Shown one piece after another: positions 23,270 through 35,611 of a DNA stretch of 64,000 nt. Where the stretch lies: positions 1 through 64,000 of the forward strand of contig JAUGWO010000128.1 in NCBI GenBank assembly GCA_049724395.1, read 5' to 3'. Made by a program: the position numbers and the translations under genes. Position 1 is the stretch's first letter; every line of letters starts with the position of its first letter. Source of the stretch: Spongospora subterranea f. sp. subterranea (Eukaryota). The notes below the pieces were generated by a model, which searched no databases, had not been told where the DNA came from, and saw only the letters and a list, made by a program, of their open reading frames with translations.

Positions 23270-24620
23270 TCATTGCAATCCATATTTGATTAAAGGCAAT
23301 TTCTTGTTGGCGTTTGATTCTTCCAATATCAATCGTGTCGACCGCCGAATTGTGAGCTCAATAAGTTCTTTGTCGACATCAAGAGTGATCGGGAGAGTTC
23401 CGGCGCGCTGCATGGCCTCTTTCCCCAAATGGGGAATCTTGTATCCTATACCTCCACCGTTCTGCATCGTCTCTCGCATGCACTGTTGCCAGGTCAAGAA
23501 CACGAAGTTCAGCTTCTCTTCCGTTAATTGTTGAAAGGCATTTTGTACTTCGTGGATGAGGTCGTCGACATTCCGTGGGGCACATTGGTGCTGTATCGAT
23601 TGAATTGCATTGAAAAACCCCAAGTCAAGGACGTTCATGTCGGGGCTATCAGGTGGCTGACACCGAAGGATGATATCGAAGCCATTTTTTTTTTGAACAG
23701 ATCCCGCAACCTCAACGAAGGCCTTGTCTAAAGATGATAAATGCGGCTTGGCATTATCCTGCTGTATGAAAATGGAACAACTATTGGCCATAGAGCGTGG
23801 CCATTGAGACCGAATCGCTGGAAGTGCATTTTCCTTGGTTGCAGCTAGGATTCTTTCACAGTAATGGGTTTTGTCACAAGTGTTCCAACAACACGGTTCT
23901 TGCTACCTCGTTTTGCCGGTTCCTTGATGACGAACGGCCATATACCAAGCTTGCCTTCAAACTGTGTTTTTCGGCGTTGGTCGAATCTGGGTCGAGCGAC
24001 GTGCCGCCAAAAACATGTTGTTCAAAGAATGGCTTCGATTTGCACGAATGTGTGTAACAGTGGTGTCAAAAATCCCAAATCGCCATCTGCCAGGTAATAG
24101 ATTCTGGTCAGCTTTCGCATGAAGAACAATTTTTCGTCCCATGGAAATTCGAACATGTTTTCCGTTTATTGGGCGTACTGTAAAAAACAAACAGAATTTC
24201 AGCCTCTCGATCTTGTTTAAGGCCAACACGAATCGGATTGATGTTATTGAATGCATTTAAATGCTGCAGAAATTCTCCGCAACAGATTAAGGATTCGTCG
24301 CCCAGAAGGACTTCATGGAAAGAAAGGATAATCAATTGAAACACCAACGGGTATCCAGATGAATAGGTTCGCATTGTTTTTTGTATGGTTGTCGTGCCTT
24401 ATTGACTATAAGTTTGGTTGTCCAGAAGGGCAGGGATCTCCGATCTTTGCTGGGTGACAAAATAAAGGGCTGACCTTTATTTCCAAAAAACTGATCGTAA
24501 TTGTTTGAAACAATAAGTTGTTGTATTCACGAGGCTTAAGTTCAAGTAAATAACTTTCGCTGTCCTCGTGATGGGTCGTTGTCCAAAAGGACGAGTTTTC
24601 GTAAGTCCTGGGCAACAGTG
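23270..24620 (-). pseudogene. Tc1/mariner (DD39D-like) transposase, degraded
   Basis: DEK, MFLAA, GKLGIWPF, QQDNAKPH, QPPDSPDMNVLDLGFF; 5' boundary approximate. Confidence 0.85.
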
Positions 24621-24862
24621 TCGGTTTGAAACCTTCACTGCCCGGGTAGTGTAGTCGATCATCTTGGGTTGAAAATCGGCTATCGGGATGGGTCGCTTCC
24701 TTGGGTAAGGCTCCACATTCCTTAAATAGGAAACCTTCCTCCCTTTGGCGGCAGCAGATCGTAGAACATCACCTTCACTTACCCTCATCACGAGCACCAT
24801 CTCGAGATACGTGACTCGCGCAGTAATTAGCGGAGTGAAATTTAAAAGTCGAATTAATTATG

Positions 24863-27800
24863 GGCCTACAGAAAACACTGGCCGCACTAACTGGCCGCAG
24901 TTTCTTGGCCAGTTAGTGCGGCCAGTGTTTTCTGTAGGCCGCTGGTAGGGTGTGAATTAACTGGCCGCATTCACTGGCCTGATTGATCAAAGTAGGCCAG
25001 CGATTGCGGCCAGTTAATTCACACCCTAACTAGGGTGTAACAGAATTCACTGGCCGCACTAGCTGGCCAAAACCTGCAAAAGCTGGCCGCACATACTGGC
25101 CTAGAAACTGCGTCACGTGGAATATCACATTTTGCGCGGACTAAAATCTGGCGAAGGGAATACCTCGTGATGTCCGCATTTCAGTTCTCGTCATGGTGAA
25201 GCGAATGGATTGGCAAGCGTGTGATTTCGAAGAACAGGACTTCGCATATTCACCTGTCAACAGTAGTGAGCACCAGCTGGACAAAGATGGCGTTCCACTG
25301 GCTATCAGCGGTGAATGCAGTTATAGGTTCGAACGGATGTCGGAAAAAGCGAATTTGATGCAGCGATACAGCCATTGGCAGTTTCGCTGCACAAAATCTA
25401 AGAAATTACTTAATCCCAAAACCAATGATGTTGCCATAACTCTGCAATACAAAGTTTGTGCGGGCCTTATCCGCTGTTCCAACAGCGAGTGCCAAGTTAT
25501 CAAACGGCCCAATCAGAATAAGCCATCACTGATCATACAGAGGTTCGTTTTACACTTGCGAATAGGCTAAAATAACTCCTTGCTCTATAGTGTTTGTCAG
25601 AATTGCTTAATGGACCTTGAGCATGTCAAATGCGAATGCAAGGTTTTGTGGGTTCATCACTGGTTGAAAGACCGGTGCATTATCTTGCATCATGGCATTC
25701 ACAAACATGATGTCCCACATACGAACAAGCCGGATGTGTACACGAAGGCGAAGCTCGTTGACATTATTTCCGCTGCGCCCAACAAAACGGCGATGCAGCT
25801 GATCGTTGGAGCTCCGGGTCCGTCCACCGAATCAATTACGGCACATTTCGCCAGCTTTCGGGAACAAAGGCAGGGTCGCCTACTTTCGCAGGGAGATTTT
25901 GAAGGAACTAGGTATTACACTGCCAGGTATTTTTTTCATAGGTTTGCAAAAGTTTTCTTAATCTAATCAACGCAACAGGCGTTTCCGAAACATTGGATCA
26001 GATCAAACAGTTCCAAACTACGTTCACAAATAGCCTCCGATCCAATGACCTGCATTTATCACGAATGCACGTGTCTGTTGCTTCTCCCTTCATGATTGAA
26101 AGGTTTTTTTCTAGATATGCGCGAGACCCATCCAATTCCAAAACCATCTCTTCCCTAGGCTTGTCGATCAAAACGAGCTAACAGGACGCCAGTGTGGAGG
26201 GTGCGTTTCTGACGTCACGTATTCGTTTTTTAAAAACGGATACTTGATGACGTCTGCCGTTTACTGCGTGTTGATCAAAAGGTGGGTTCCTGTTTTGTAC
26301 TCGTGGCTTGACGGGCTCACCAGCGAGCATCATCGAGTTCATTTCGTGGTTTTGCTTGAAATGATCATGTCTCGGTTACGGAGCCAACCTGGCGACTTTA
26401 CGATGAATGACCGTGTCTCATTGTTCCGTCAACTTTGTGGGGCAGTTATGGATTATTCCAAAGCCCAAAACCAGGGATTTGTAGCAGCATACGTGAAGGT
26501 CAATCATAAACAGGTGTAATCTCAATAGTCACTTACTGTGCTGTAGGTGTTGAGCGATTACTATCGGGATTTGGGAATTCAATGCTGTCTTAATACATTG
26601 ACAGAGGATGCAAATAGTCTAATCAAAGGCTGTGAAGTGCACTTCATCAACTCGGCGGAGAGAATCAGTAGGAATTCTGCAATTGTCGGATCAGGGGACA
26701 ATGGACAGTTTTTACACCTTGTAAAGCAAGCTGTTCGAGAACCCATGGAGGACGCTTTCAACATCGCTATTGATGCCCTTCAAGTGCGATTTGCGCGTAA
26801 CGGACTACCTTGTCTAAATTTTTTTAGGTCACGTATCCCAACGCTGCCATGTGGTTTGAATGGTGGCTAAAAGAGAGTGTCGCTCGCCTCGTTTTCCGTT
26901 GTAAAAGGAAATTCATGGATGCAGAGTTCGCAGAGAAAGTCACGCAACGATACCAATCCAATCGAAGCTATGCATTCAATGTTTTATCAAATTGCTGAAA
27001 CCAAGAATTCGATGGTTTTCGGGTTAACATCTCTGATGTTGTTTTCTGGGACTTTGGAGCAGGATTTCGCCGACGTCCTTGTTGGGCGAGCGATAAATTA
27101 CGGTAAGTCAATCTGAGACCACATCTGTAGTCTAGATACCGAAACAATTGTCAGGTGTAGCCGAACGATGGAAGCGGAGCATTGAAAAATGCCATACTTT
27201 AACCACGTCCTCAGCCGTCACACATCGTAAACGTCAACAATATGAAAACGACGGACGCCCACCCGACACGTCGAAAAAATTGTTAACCAATAAGTCAGAA
27301 TCTAAATCAAAACTTGGAAGGCCTAAAGGCAGTAGAAACGTCTCCCGAGACCCACACGTGACCTATCAATCCTACGCACACACGAACAATACGTGCTATG
27401 TGACGACGATTTTGGAATGTTTAAATGCCGTTTTTGATTACATTGATGTATGCTGCAGGCCGGGTATTAGTTTCTTTGAACTAATTACAGAAAATTTTGG
27501 CATAGATCAAAACTAACGAGTACAGCCCCACGAATATATTCTCCAAAACGATGGTGCACTTGAGCAAGCGTCGAGGCTGCCCAGAGAACCGCGTCAAGAA
27601 AGAGCTTTCGAAAGGACTAAGAATTCTGACATCGTGGATAATTCACGATATCAAGTTATATGCGGCCAACGCGTTTGGCAATCCTTTCGATGTTTTAGAA
27701 CATCTCTTGAAACAGGCTTCCGAAGATGTTTATAAACAAGTATCCTTTGACGTACAGGTCAGTAATCGTCTTGATGGGCATATGAATATTCACCCGACCA

Positions 27801-28940
27801 CAGCGTACATTTATCTGCCATAACGGGCACATACAACCCATCCAGAAACCCGGTGTCCAGCGCTGGTTCATCCTGGTATGTTCTTTTGTGAAAAAACAGG
27901 TTAACAGTCAGTAAGTTTGCTTTCCATAGAACATTCGGCAGTATATGGTGGAACAATCTGCGAGTTCGTCTGTGCAGGCGGTTTTGGACCTTCTACTATC
28001 TGCTGGTGCCTTTGAAATGACCAACCGACTTTGCTCAGACCCGGCCTGTGATGTGGTAGAGGCTGAAAGCATGTTCCGTTGCTGTGTATTCATATGGTTC
28101 CCAGGTTCTTACGAAAGATGTTCGCGAGATTATATCAATGCCAGAGAATATCATGTTGATCGAGCTGCCAGTAGAGTGTGCATCTGAAAGCCTGATGTGT
28201 AATGAACAAGTTACTGCTAACGGGTTCCACTGGCGTCTTGTTGCTCGCATCTCATCCACATCGGACACAGGTTCACATTTTTATGCACACATCTTGCGTC
28301 AAAAAACCGTCAAAATTCCTGGTTGGTATTATTACAACGACCTGGAGAACGACGGCAGAGCCTGTTATGTGGAAGGCAAATTTGAAACCCGAAGTCTCTC
28401 TTATTATGTGTTCTATGTTAAGATTTAATACAATGAGAAGAATGCATTTCTGACAGCCGCTTGATAGGATGTGCCCCGCTTGAACAATTTCAAGAAAAAA
28501 ATGAACAAGTTGTGATAGTTTTCCCTTTGTAATTAGAAAACGTAATGGGAGAGACGACAGCTTTCGAAGCTGCCTTCCACATAGCAGCTAGCATTGAAAT
28601 GTGGCCGGCCTGTTGTGTGAATTAACGGTGTTTCGTCGCTGCATTAAGTGAAAAACTAAATCATCTCTGTAGAAAAAAGAGTTAAGACACACTATGACTT
28701 TGAAGTTTCAAATTTTGGGCCAGTTTCTGAGCAATTTTGCAGGTTTTGGCCAGTTAGTGCGGCCAGTGAATTCTGTCACACCCTAGTTAGGGTGTGAATT
28801 AACTGGCCGCAATCGCTGGCCTACTTTGATCAATCAGGCCAGTGAATGCGGCCAGTTAATTCACACCCTACCAGCGGCCTACAGAAAACACTGGCCGCAC
28901 TAACTGGCCAAGAAACTGCGGCCAGTTAGTGCGGCCAGTG
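24863..28940 (+). mobile_element. GCM-domain Mutator-like DNA transposon with ~200-bp hairpin-rich TIRs
   Basis: 24876-~25080 is the near-perfect reverse complement of ~28735-28940; no TSD recognised. Confidence 0.9.
25193..28428 (+). pseudogene. Multi-exon transposase: GCM-like finger, MULE-type DDE, AT-hook, USP/C19-like protease; appears to carry frameshifts
   Basis: SHWQFRCT..YKVCAGLIRC..KRP..CQNC..C..HGIHKHDVP; SDVTY, VMDYS, GCEVHF, DTNPIE; NDGRPPDT; GRPKGS; NNTCY..LECL, GSHFYAH, WYYYND, YVFY. Confidence 0.8.
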
Positions 28941-28955
28941 AATTATAGCCGCCCA

Positions 28956-29560
28956 TTAATAATCGACCATTGAATCTGCTGCAGACCCTTCCCAGCCAGC
29001 CAGAATGTAGGCGAAACAAAGGTCAAACGAGCAAGCCGCAAATATGTTTTGGCTCAGGAATCCCTTCCGGTTTCTGTAGGGTTGAGCTTCCTTCGCAGAC
29101 ACAAAAGCTGCGATATGCGCTCCGTCGAATGCCATTCGGCAATTTTGGAAAAAGGGATACATCTTCGGGTTTTACCGAATTTGTAAGGGTGCATCATTGG
29201 CAGGTAGCCTTATATAGTCGCAAGCCATTCGGCAAATGACAACTGTAACATTGCGAAGAACCCTAATATCAAACTAATGAGGTGCGAATTTGTATGACAA
29301 ACAGCCAGATAATAACAACCTGCTAATCGTTTCGCCGCTCCTTTGAAATCGCTCTTGAGCGTCGCGATTTTTTGCACTCTGTGATACGGTGAACAAAAAA
29401 ATTGCCACCTGTTCTGATACTTCGAACCAAGTCAATGGACAAAGTCGCAACTGATCGGTAATTGTCTTGATAGAGCCGGCGCAATCTTTGCATACGTGAA
29501 TGCATCCGAAATGTACTGAGGTATCTGTTTCGATGTTTATCGCATCGGAATTTACCGATC
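28956..29560 (-). pseudogene. PIF/Harbinger transposase fragment
   Basis: FDGAHI, YRNRKGFLSQNIFAAC, LAGWEGSAAD; FRM motif upstream. Confidence 0.85.
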
Positions 29561-29689
29561 AATGACGAATTTTATTTATTGGATGGGCTCCCAATTACAG
29601 AACGACATCAGCAGCAAACATTTGTAGATCGGCGTTTTGCCCCAGCACTCCGTATCCAGGTTGGAGCGGTGAAATTGTTTTCGTAGCCG

Positions 29690-29990
29690 GTCCAGCTTTG
29701 CAGTACGACTCGATGCGAAGGCAGACGAGGAGACCCTCTCTACTGTTTCTGTTTCTGAGGCTCTGGTTGCCACTACACCCTTTTGTGAACGCCACCTTGC
29801 AGTTAGTCGGTTCAGCTTTGCAGTAGGACTCGATGCTGGGGCAGACGAGGAGACCCTCTCTACTGTCATTGTTTCCGAGGCTCTGGTTGCCATTACACCC
29901 GTTTGCGAACGTCACCTTGCAGTTCGTAGTTGGTCCAGCTTTGCAGTGGGGTACGATGCAGGGCAAGACGAGGAGACCCTCTCTACTGTC
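29690..29990. repeat. ~120-bp diverged tandem repeat, ~2.5 copies, abutting the Copia LTR
   Basis: cagctttgcagt...agacgaggagaccctctctactgt recurs three times. Confidence 0.85.
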
Positions 29991-29995
29991 GTGGT

Positions 29996-32900
29996 TGTTG
30001 AAGTTCAAACCACGTCGCCAACCTGTCGTACTGGCCCATTGGCTGTACTGGCCCAAACTGGTCGTATTGGCCCACTGTCACGTACATCCGATATTGATGC
30101 GACCACTGTCACGTACATCCGATATTGATGAAGACGACGCGGCCTCTTAATGAGCGGCCTCCTGAGGAACAACCCTGTAGCGCAGCCTCTGTCGTGTGAC
30201 GGAATTTGACGCGCGATTAACGCGCCTTTTTCCCGACAGAGAGAAATCGCGCGCCCTTTTTCCGACTGAGACAAAAATAATCTAGCTCTGTATATCAGAG
30301 CCCCTCGTTTTCTAATAAACTCATTCTTCTATTTGCTTCTTCCAATCAACATCGTTCCCGCTCCCTCTCTCTCGTGTTCCAGCTCCCTCTCTCTCTCTCA
30401 CCTTCCAGCTCCCTCTCTCTCGCCTCACCGCTCCCTCTCTCTCTCGTGTTCCAGCTCCTTCTCTCCCTCTCGCCTTCCAGCTCCCTCTCTCTCTCGCGTC
30501 ACCGCTCCCTCTCTCTCTCTCGCTCGCGTGATCTCTCCTCTCTTTAGAAGATTAAGAGTCCCAACTCTGTTAGCTGCATAGTACCTCAAGTGTGCTATTC
30601 TATATACACTTAGGTGTACTTTAGTATATACACTTAGGTGTACATTTTTATATACCTCCATCATGATGTCCACGGTCTATAACATTAATAAGCTCGAAGG
30701 ATACGACGCTTCCAGATAGGGAAATCGTCGGATCCTTCGAGCTTATTGATGTTATAGACCGTGGACATCATGATGGATGTATATACAAATGTACACCTAA
30801 GTGTATATACAAATGTACACTTAGACCCCGAACCGGCAGTAGTCGTTCGTCGCAGTGTTAGAGAATCGCGACCTCCAGGAGAATGGTGGAAAGCACATCA
30901 AGCCAATCACACACTGCAGTTGGACTCGACATGTATCAAATTGCCAAGAACGGATATCGCATCACTCACAATTGCTTCTGTTACCGTACCGCAAACAGTC
31001 CCAGAAGCCCTGAACGGACCTGAAGCTGGCCATTGGTATGATGCTATGCAGGTTGAATACAAACAGATGCTCGAATTTGACACATGGACGTTGCAAGAAC
31101 TACCTCCAGACCGTAAAGCAATCGCCTGCAAATGGGTCTTCAATACCAAGCCGAATCTGACCGGAGATGGTGGTATTCGAAAATTCAAAGCCCGTTTGGT
31201 GATCAAAGGCTTCTCTCAACGTGCTGGTATTGATTACAGTGAAACTTTCTCTCCCGTCGCACATTCGGAATCATTTCGTATCGTCATGGCACTGACCGCC
31301 GATCAGGGCTTGTTTCTTCGTCAAATCGACATCGTGGGCGCATTCCTTAACGGTAACATTGACGGCGATATTTACATGAAACAGCCTGATGGTTTCATCG
31401 ACCCTGGTCAAGGAAATCTAGTTTGCAAGTTACAGAAAGCTCTCTACGGTCTCAAACAAGCGGTAATTATCTGGAATCAGCAGCTGGATGATTTCTTGGT
31501 CAATAAGCTCCATTTTCGAAGAACAATTGCTGATCCTTGTCTTTACCATCTCAGACGTGACACTTTCTATGCTATTGTTCTCGTTCATGTCGACGATATC
31601 ATTATTGCCCATAATAATCCAACTCTTTGTGATGAATTAGTGGATCACTTCAAGTCCAAATGGAACGTCACCGATCTTGGCGCGCCCAGTCGTGTTCTTG
31701 GTATGCAGTTATTGCGTGATGGGGCAACGGATCAATATTTTTACACCAGCAAAACTACGTTGATGAATTCCTCCTTCGATTCAATATGAATCTTTGCAAA
31801 TCCGTCAACACTCCACATCAACCAGGATACTACCTCAGTACGAACATGAGCCCTACCACCGACCAAGAGCGAGCCAACATGAAATTGGTGCCGTATTCTG
31901 AGCATGTCGGCAGTTTAAACTGGTTAGCCACAACCACAAGACCCGACATTGCATGCGCGGTCGGAACCTTATGTAGATTTATAAGCAACCCCGGGCGGCA
32001 GCACTGGACAGCAGCACAGAGAGTACTCCGTTTTTTGGCAGGGACATCGGACCACGGCCTGAAATTTACAGCAGGCTCTTCAAAGAATCCCGCCGGACTC
32101 TATGACTACAGCGACGCAGACTTGGCCGGTAACCCGGACACAAGGAGATCCACAACTGGTTTCGTTTTCACTTTTCATGGTGCCCCAATCTCTTGGAAAT
32201 CCAAATTGCAACCCTCAACAGCCTTATCGTCTGTTGAATCCGAGTATATTGCATTATGTGGTGCGTCACGCGAAGTCAAATGGATCCGCCAACTGTTGTT
32301 CGAACTTGAGCGCCCAGAACCAGCCGCAACTGTCATTTACGACGATAACCAAGGATGCATATCTATCAGCGGCAACAACAGAACCGACGCGCGAACAAAA
32401 CACATTGATGCAAAATACCATTTCGTGAGACAGATGGTTCACAACAACCAGATTCAAGTCCAGTTCATGCCAACAGCCGAGATGGTCGCAGATATTTTCA
32501 CTAAACCAACTTCAGGCGCAACATTCACAAGATTGAGCAAAAGATTGGTGACCAACAAGGCACATGGTTTGAGGGGGCGTGTTGAAGTTCAAACCACGTC
32601 GCCAACCTGTCGTACTGGCCCATTGGCAGTACTGGCTTAAACTGGTCGTATTGGCCCACTGTCACCTACATCCGATATTGATGAAGACTCGACGCGGCCT
32701 CTTAATGAGCGGCCTCCTGAGGAGCAACCCTGTAGCGCAGCCTCTGTCGTGTGACGGATTTTGGCGCGCGATTAGCGCGCCTTTTTTCCGACAGAGAAAT
32801 CGCGCGCCCTTTTTCCGACTGAGACAATAATAATCTAGCTCTGTATATTAGAGCCCCTCGTTTTCTAATAAACTCATTCTTCTATTTGCTTCTTCCAATC

Positions 32901-33105
32901 AACATCGTTCCCGCTCCCTCTCTCTCTCGCCTTCCAGCTCCCTCTCTCTCTCGCGTCACCGCTCCCTCTCTCTCTCGTGTTCCAGCTCCCTCTCTCTCTC
33001 GTGTTCCAGCTCCTTCTCTCTCTCTCGCCTTCCAGCTCCCTCTCTCTCTCGCGTCACCGCTCCCTCTCTCTCTCTCGCTCGCGTGATCTTTCCTCTCTTT
33101 AGAAG
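29996..33105 (+). mobile_element. Internally deleted Ty1/Copia element with two LTRs (5' from 29996, 3' from 32580)
   Basis: LTRs start TGTTGAAGTTCAAACC with CT-rich internal repeats; PPT GAGGGGGCG at 32571; gag, protease and integrase absent. Confidence 0.92.
30830..32580 (+). pseudogene. Copia RT + RNase H, one frameshift near 31730
   Basis: CKWVF, KARLV, ALYGLKQ, VHVDD; YSDAD, RSTTG, SSVESEY, DNQG, KHID, ADIFTK. Confidence 0.93.
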
Positions 33106-33613
33106 CATTCACGGTTGCCGTATGCAGCGACCTGTTCATTGACGGCGCACAGCATGATAGGCCTTCGGTAGTGCTTGTATGCAAATTTATGATTTTATTG
33201 AAGGCAACCAGGCCCGAATCGCTAAGAGGTTCTGTGACCCGAACGCAGAAATGACGGTCTGGTTGGACCATGCCGACGGTTGTTCAGAACCTACGTCAAG
33301 GACCTTGCTCTTCGTAAGACGTATTGCTGTGCGCCGTCAATGAACAGGTCGTTGCATACGGCAACCGTGAATGTCGTATCGGAAGAACGGGTACGACTTC
33401 TCGCACCTGTATATTCAACTATGAACGTCTGAAATCGAGCTCATGGCAAAGAGGCCATTGCCCCCAAATGCATTTGATGCCTGCACTATTAGGGGGCTGG
33501 CACCAATGTCCGGGCAATCAGCCGGGCACAGTATCTTTTGCAAACTCACAAGCGCGACATTCTGCAACAGTTCTTCGAGGTTGGCGGGACCGAAGACCTG
33601 CGCGAGGAACGAC

Positions 33614-34330
33614 TACTTCAGGTTGCGTTCGTACGATGACTATAGGGTTTGTGCGCGATTATCTGAAGAATGAGAGCGATATGCAACTGATCATACTAAC
33701 CGTCTTTGACGGTGGAGGGTGGTTCATGAAAGATGATGGGTGAACATAGAGATGAACAATAAAGTCTCAGAACCATCTCTTCATTATAGTTTGTGCGCGA
33801 TTAGGTGAAGACTGAAAGCGATATGCAATTGATTGTACTAACCGTCGTGAACGGTGATTGGGCCTACTTTAAGTTGCGTTCGTACGATGACTATAGAGTT
33901 TGCACGCGATTTGATAAAGACTGAGAGCGAAATGGAATTGATTGTACTAACCGTCGTGAACGGTAGTTGGGCCTACTTCAGGTTGCGTTCGTACGATGAC
34001 TATAGAGTTTGTGCGCGATTAGGTGAAGACTGAGAGCGAAATGCACTTGATCATACTAACCGTCTTGGACGGTGGAGGATGGTTCATGAAAGATTATTGA
34101 GTGATCATATAGATGAACAATATGGTCTCAGAACCATCTCTTCATTATAGTTTGTGCGCAATTAGGTGAAGACTGAAAGCGATATGCAATTGGTTGTACT
34201 AACCGTCGTGAATGGTGGTTGGGCCTACTCAGGTTGCGTTCGTGCGATGACTATAGAGTTTGTGCGCGATTAGGTGAAGACTGAAAGCGATATGCAGTTG
34301 ATTGTACCAACCGTCGTGAACGGTGGTTGT
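33614..34330. repeat. Diverged tandem array of ~110-bp and ~170-bp units
   Basis: ctacttcaggttgcgttcgtacgatgactatagagtttgtgcgcgattaggtgaagactga...actaaccgtc core recurs ~6 times. Confidence 0.85.
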
Positions 34331-35611
34331 ATAGCAATCTTCAGTCTACGGAACCAGGCACGAGTTTTGGTTGCTGGTAATCAGAATGAATCGTTTATTT
34401 CAGGACGAGTTCCAAGACCTCAGGCCGAGGCCTCGCGCAGTCGCGAGTTCCGCCTGGCTACGATGACTTTGATAGCCTGACTATGATAGCGCAGCTCCAT
34501 AGTTCTTGGTTCTTGGAGAAATGTTTTCTATATCATCAATGAGTGGCTCAATTGATACACTTCCCTCCTCAAAATCACGTCTAGGTATAATGAAGAGATG
34601 GTTCTGAGACCATATTGTTCATATGTATGTTCACCCAATTATCTTTCATCAACAGTCATCAAATCAGATCTGATCATCTAGGGTCATCTTTCATTGATTC
34701 ATTGATCATCAGGTCATCTGTGTCATCGATCATCAATGGAAAAACAGTCATCACGTCATCAATCATCAGATTCATCATTTCATCTGTTATTTTACCTAAA
34801 ACCTAACTCTAACCATTTCTAAAATGTCCGCATTAAAACCACGTGGGAAAAAGCTTAAATCAATTTTTAGTAGGTCATCAGTCAGATTCAGATTAACTTT
34901 ACAGCCACGAAAATGATCTATTTGGTAAGATTCATTATGGCAATATTGAAGGAAATCGATGTCTCCGTTATGAGGATAATAGATGAATGAAATTTATTAT
35001 TGGGCAAACGCCCTCTTATAATGGATAGCTGAAGGGTAGAGATATAAATAGCGCTGAACAGAAAGTCCGTAGAGTCATTCCTATGTTAGGTTGTTGCCGT
35101 GGTTGCGCCCACAGGAGCAGGGTGGTCTTCGGATCGGCCCACGCACTTTTCATGGGAAATGTCCGTATTAGAGTCCAGTAGGTTGTACTCAACAAATATC
35201 GAAGGAGTATTATCAACTCACGCAGTTTTCAAAATACATGCCATGTACCAACTCAAAACCAACTAACACAGTTTTGGCACATAGAAATGACTCTTACCAA
35301 TTAGTAGATGAAACCGGCACGAAATCGTTTAACCGCATCGGCGCTACGGTCTTAACACGCGTAGCAGGGCATGCCCGGCACGATAATTCGGCAGATGTTT
35401 GTTATGCCCGAGCTGATGACGGTACTAAACCATAAAGGACATTAATACATGTATGTACGTTGGTAGTGAATGCAAGCCCGGGCGGTTTACGGTCATGCAC
35501 TGTTGTCCAACGCGATACGTGGTCTGCCCAATTTCTAGAGTGGTGTCAGAACAGCAGAATACAATCTGTCCGTGCATGCGATTACACTGCCAGCGCATAT
35601 GTAGGGATATA

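Noticed and set aside
24851..28950. TSD for the GCM element
   Set aside because: Only a partial AATTAT match; flanks belong to different TEs
30333..33271. RERE/SLSL-rich ORFs in both LTRs
   Set aside because: Translations of CT-rich LTR repeats
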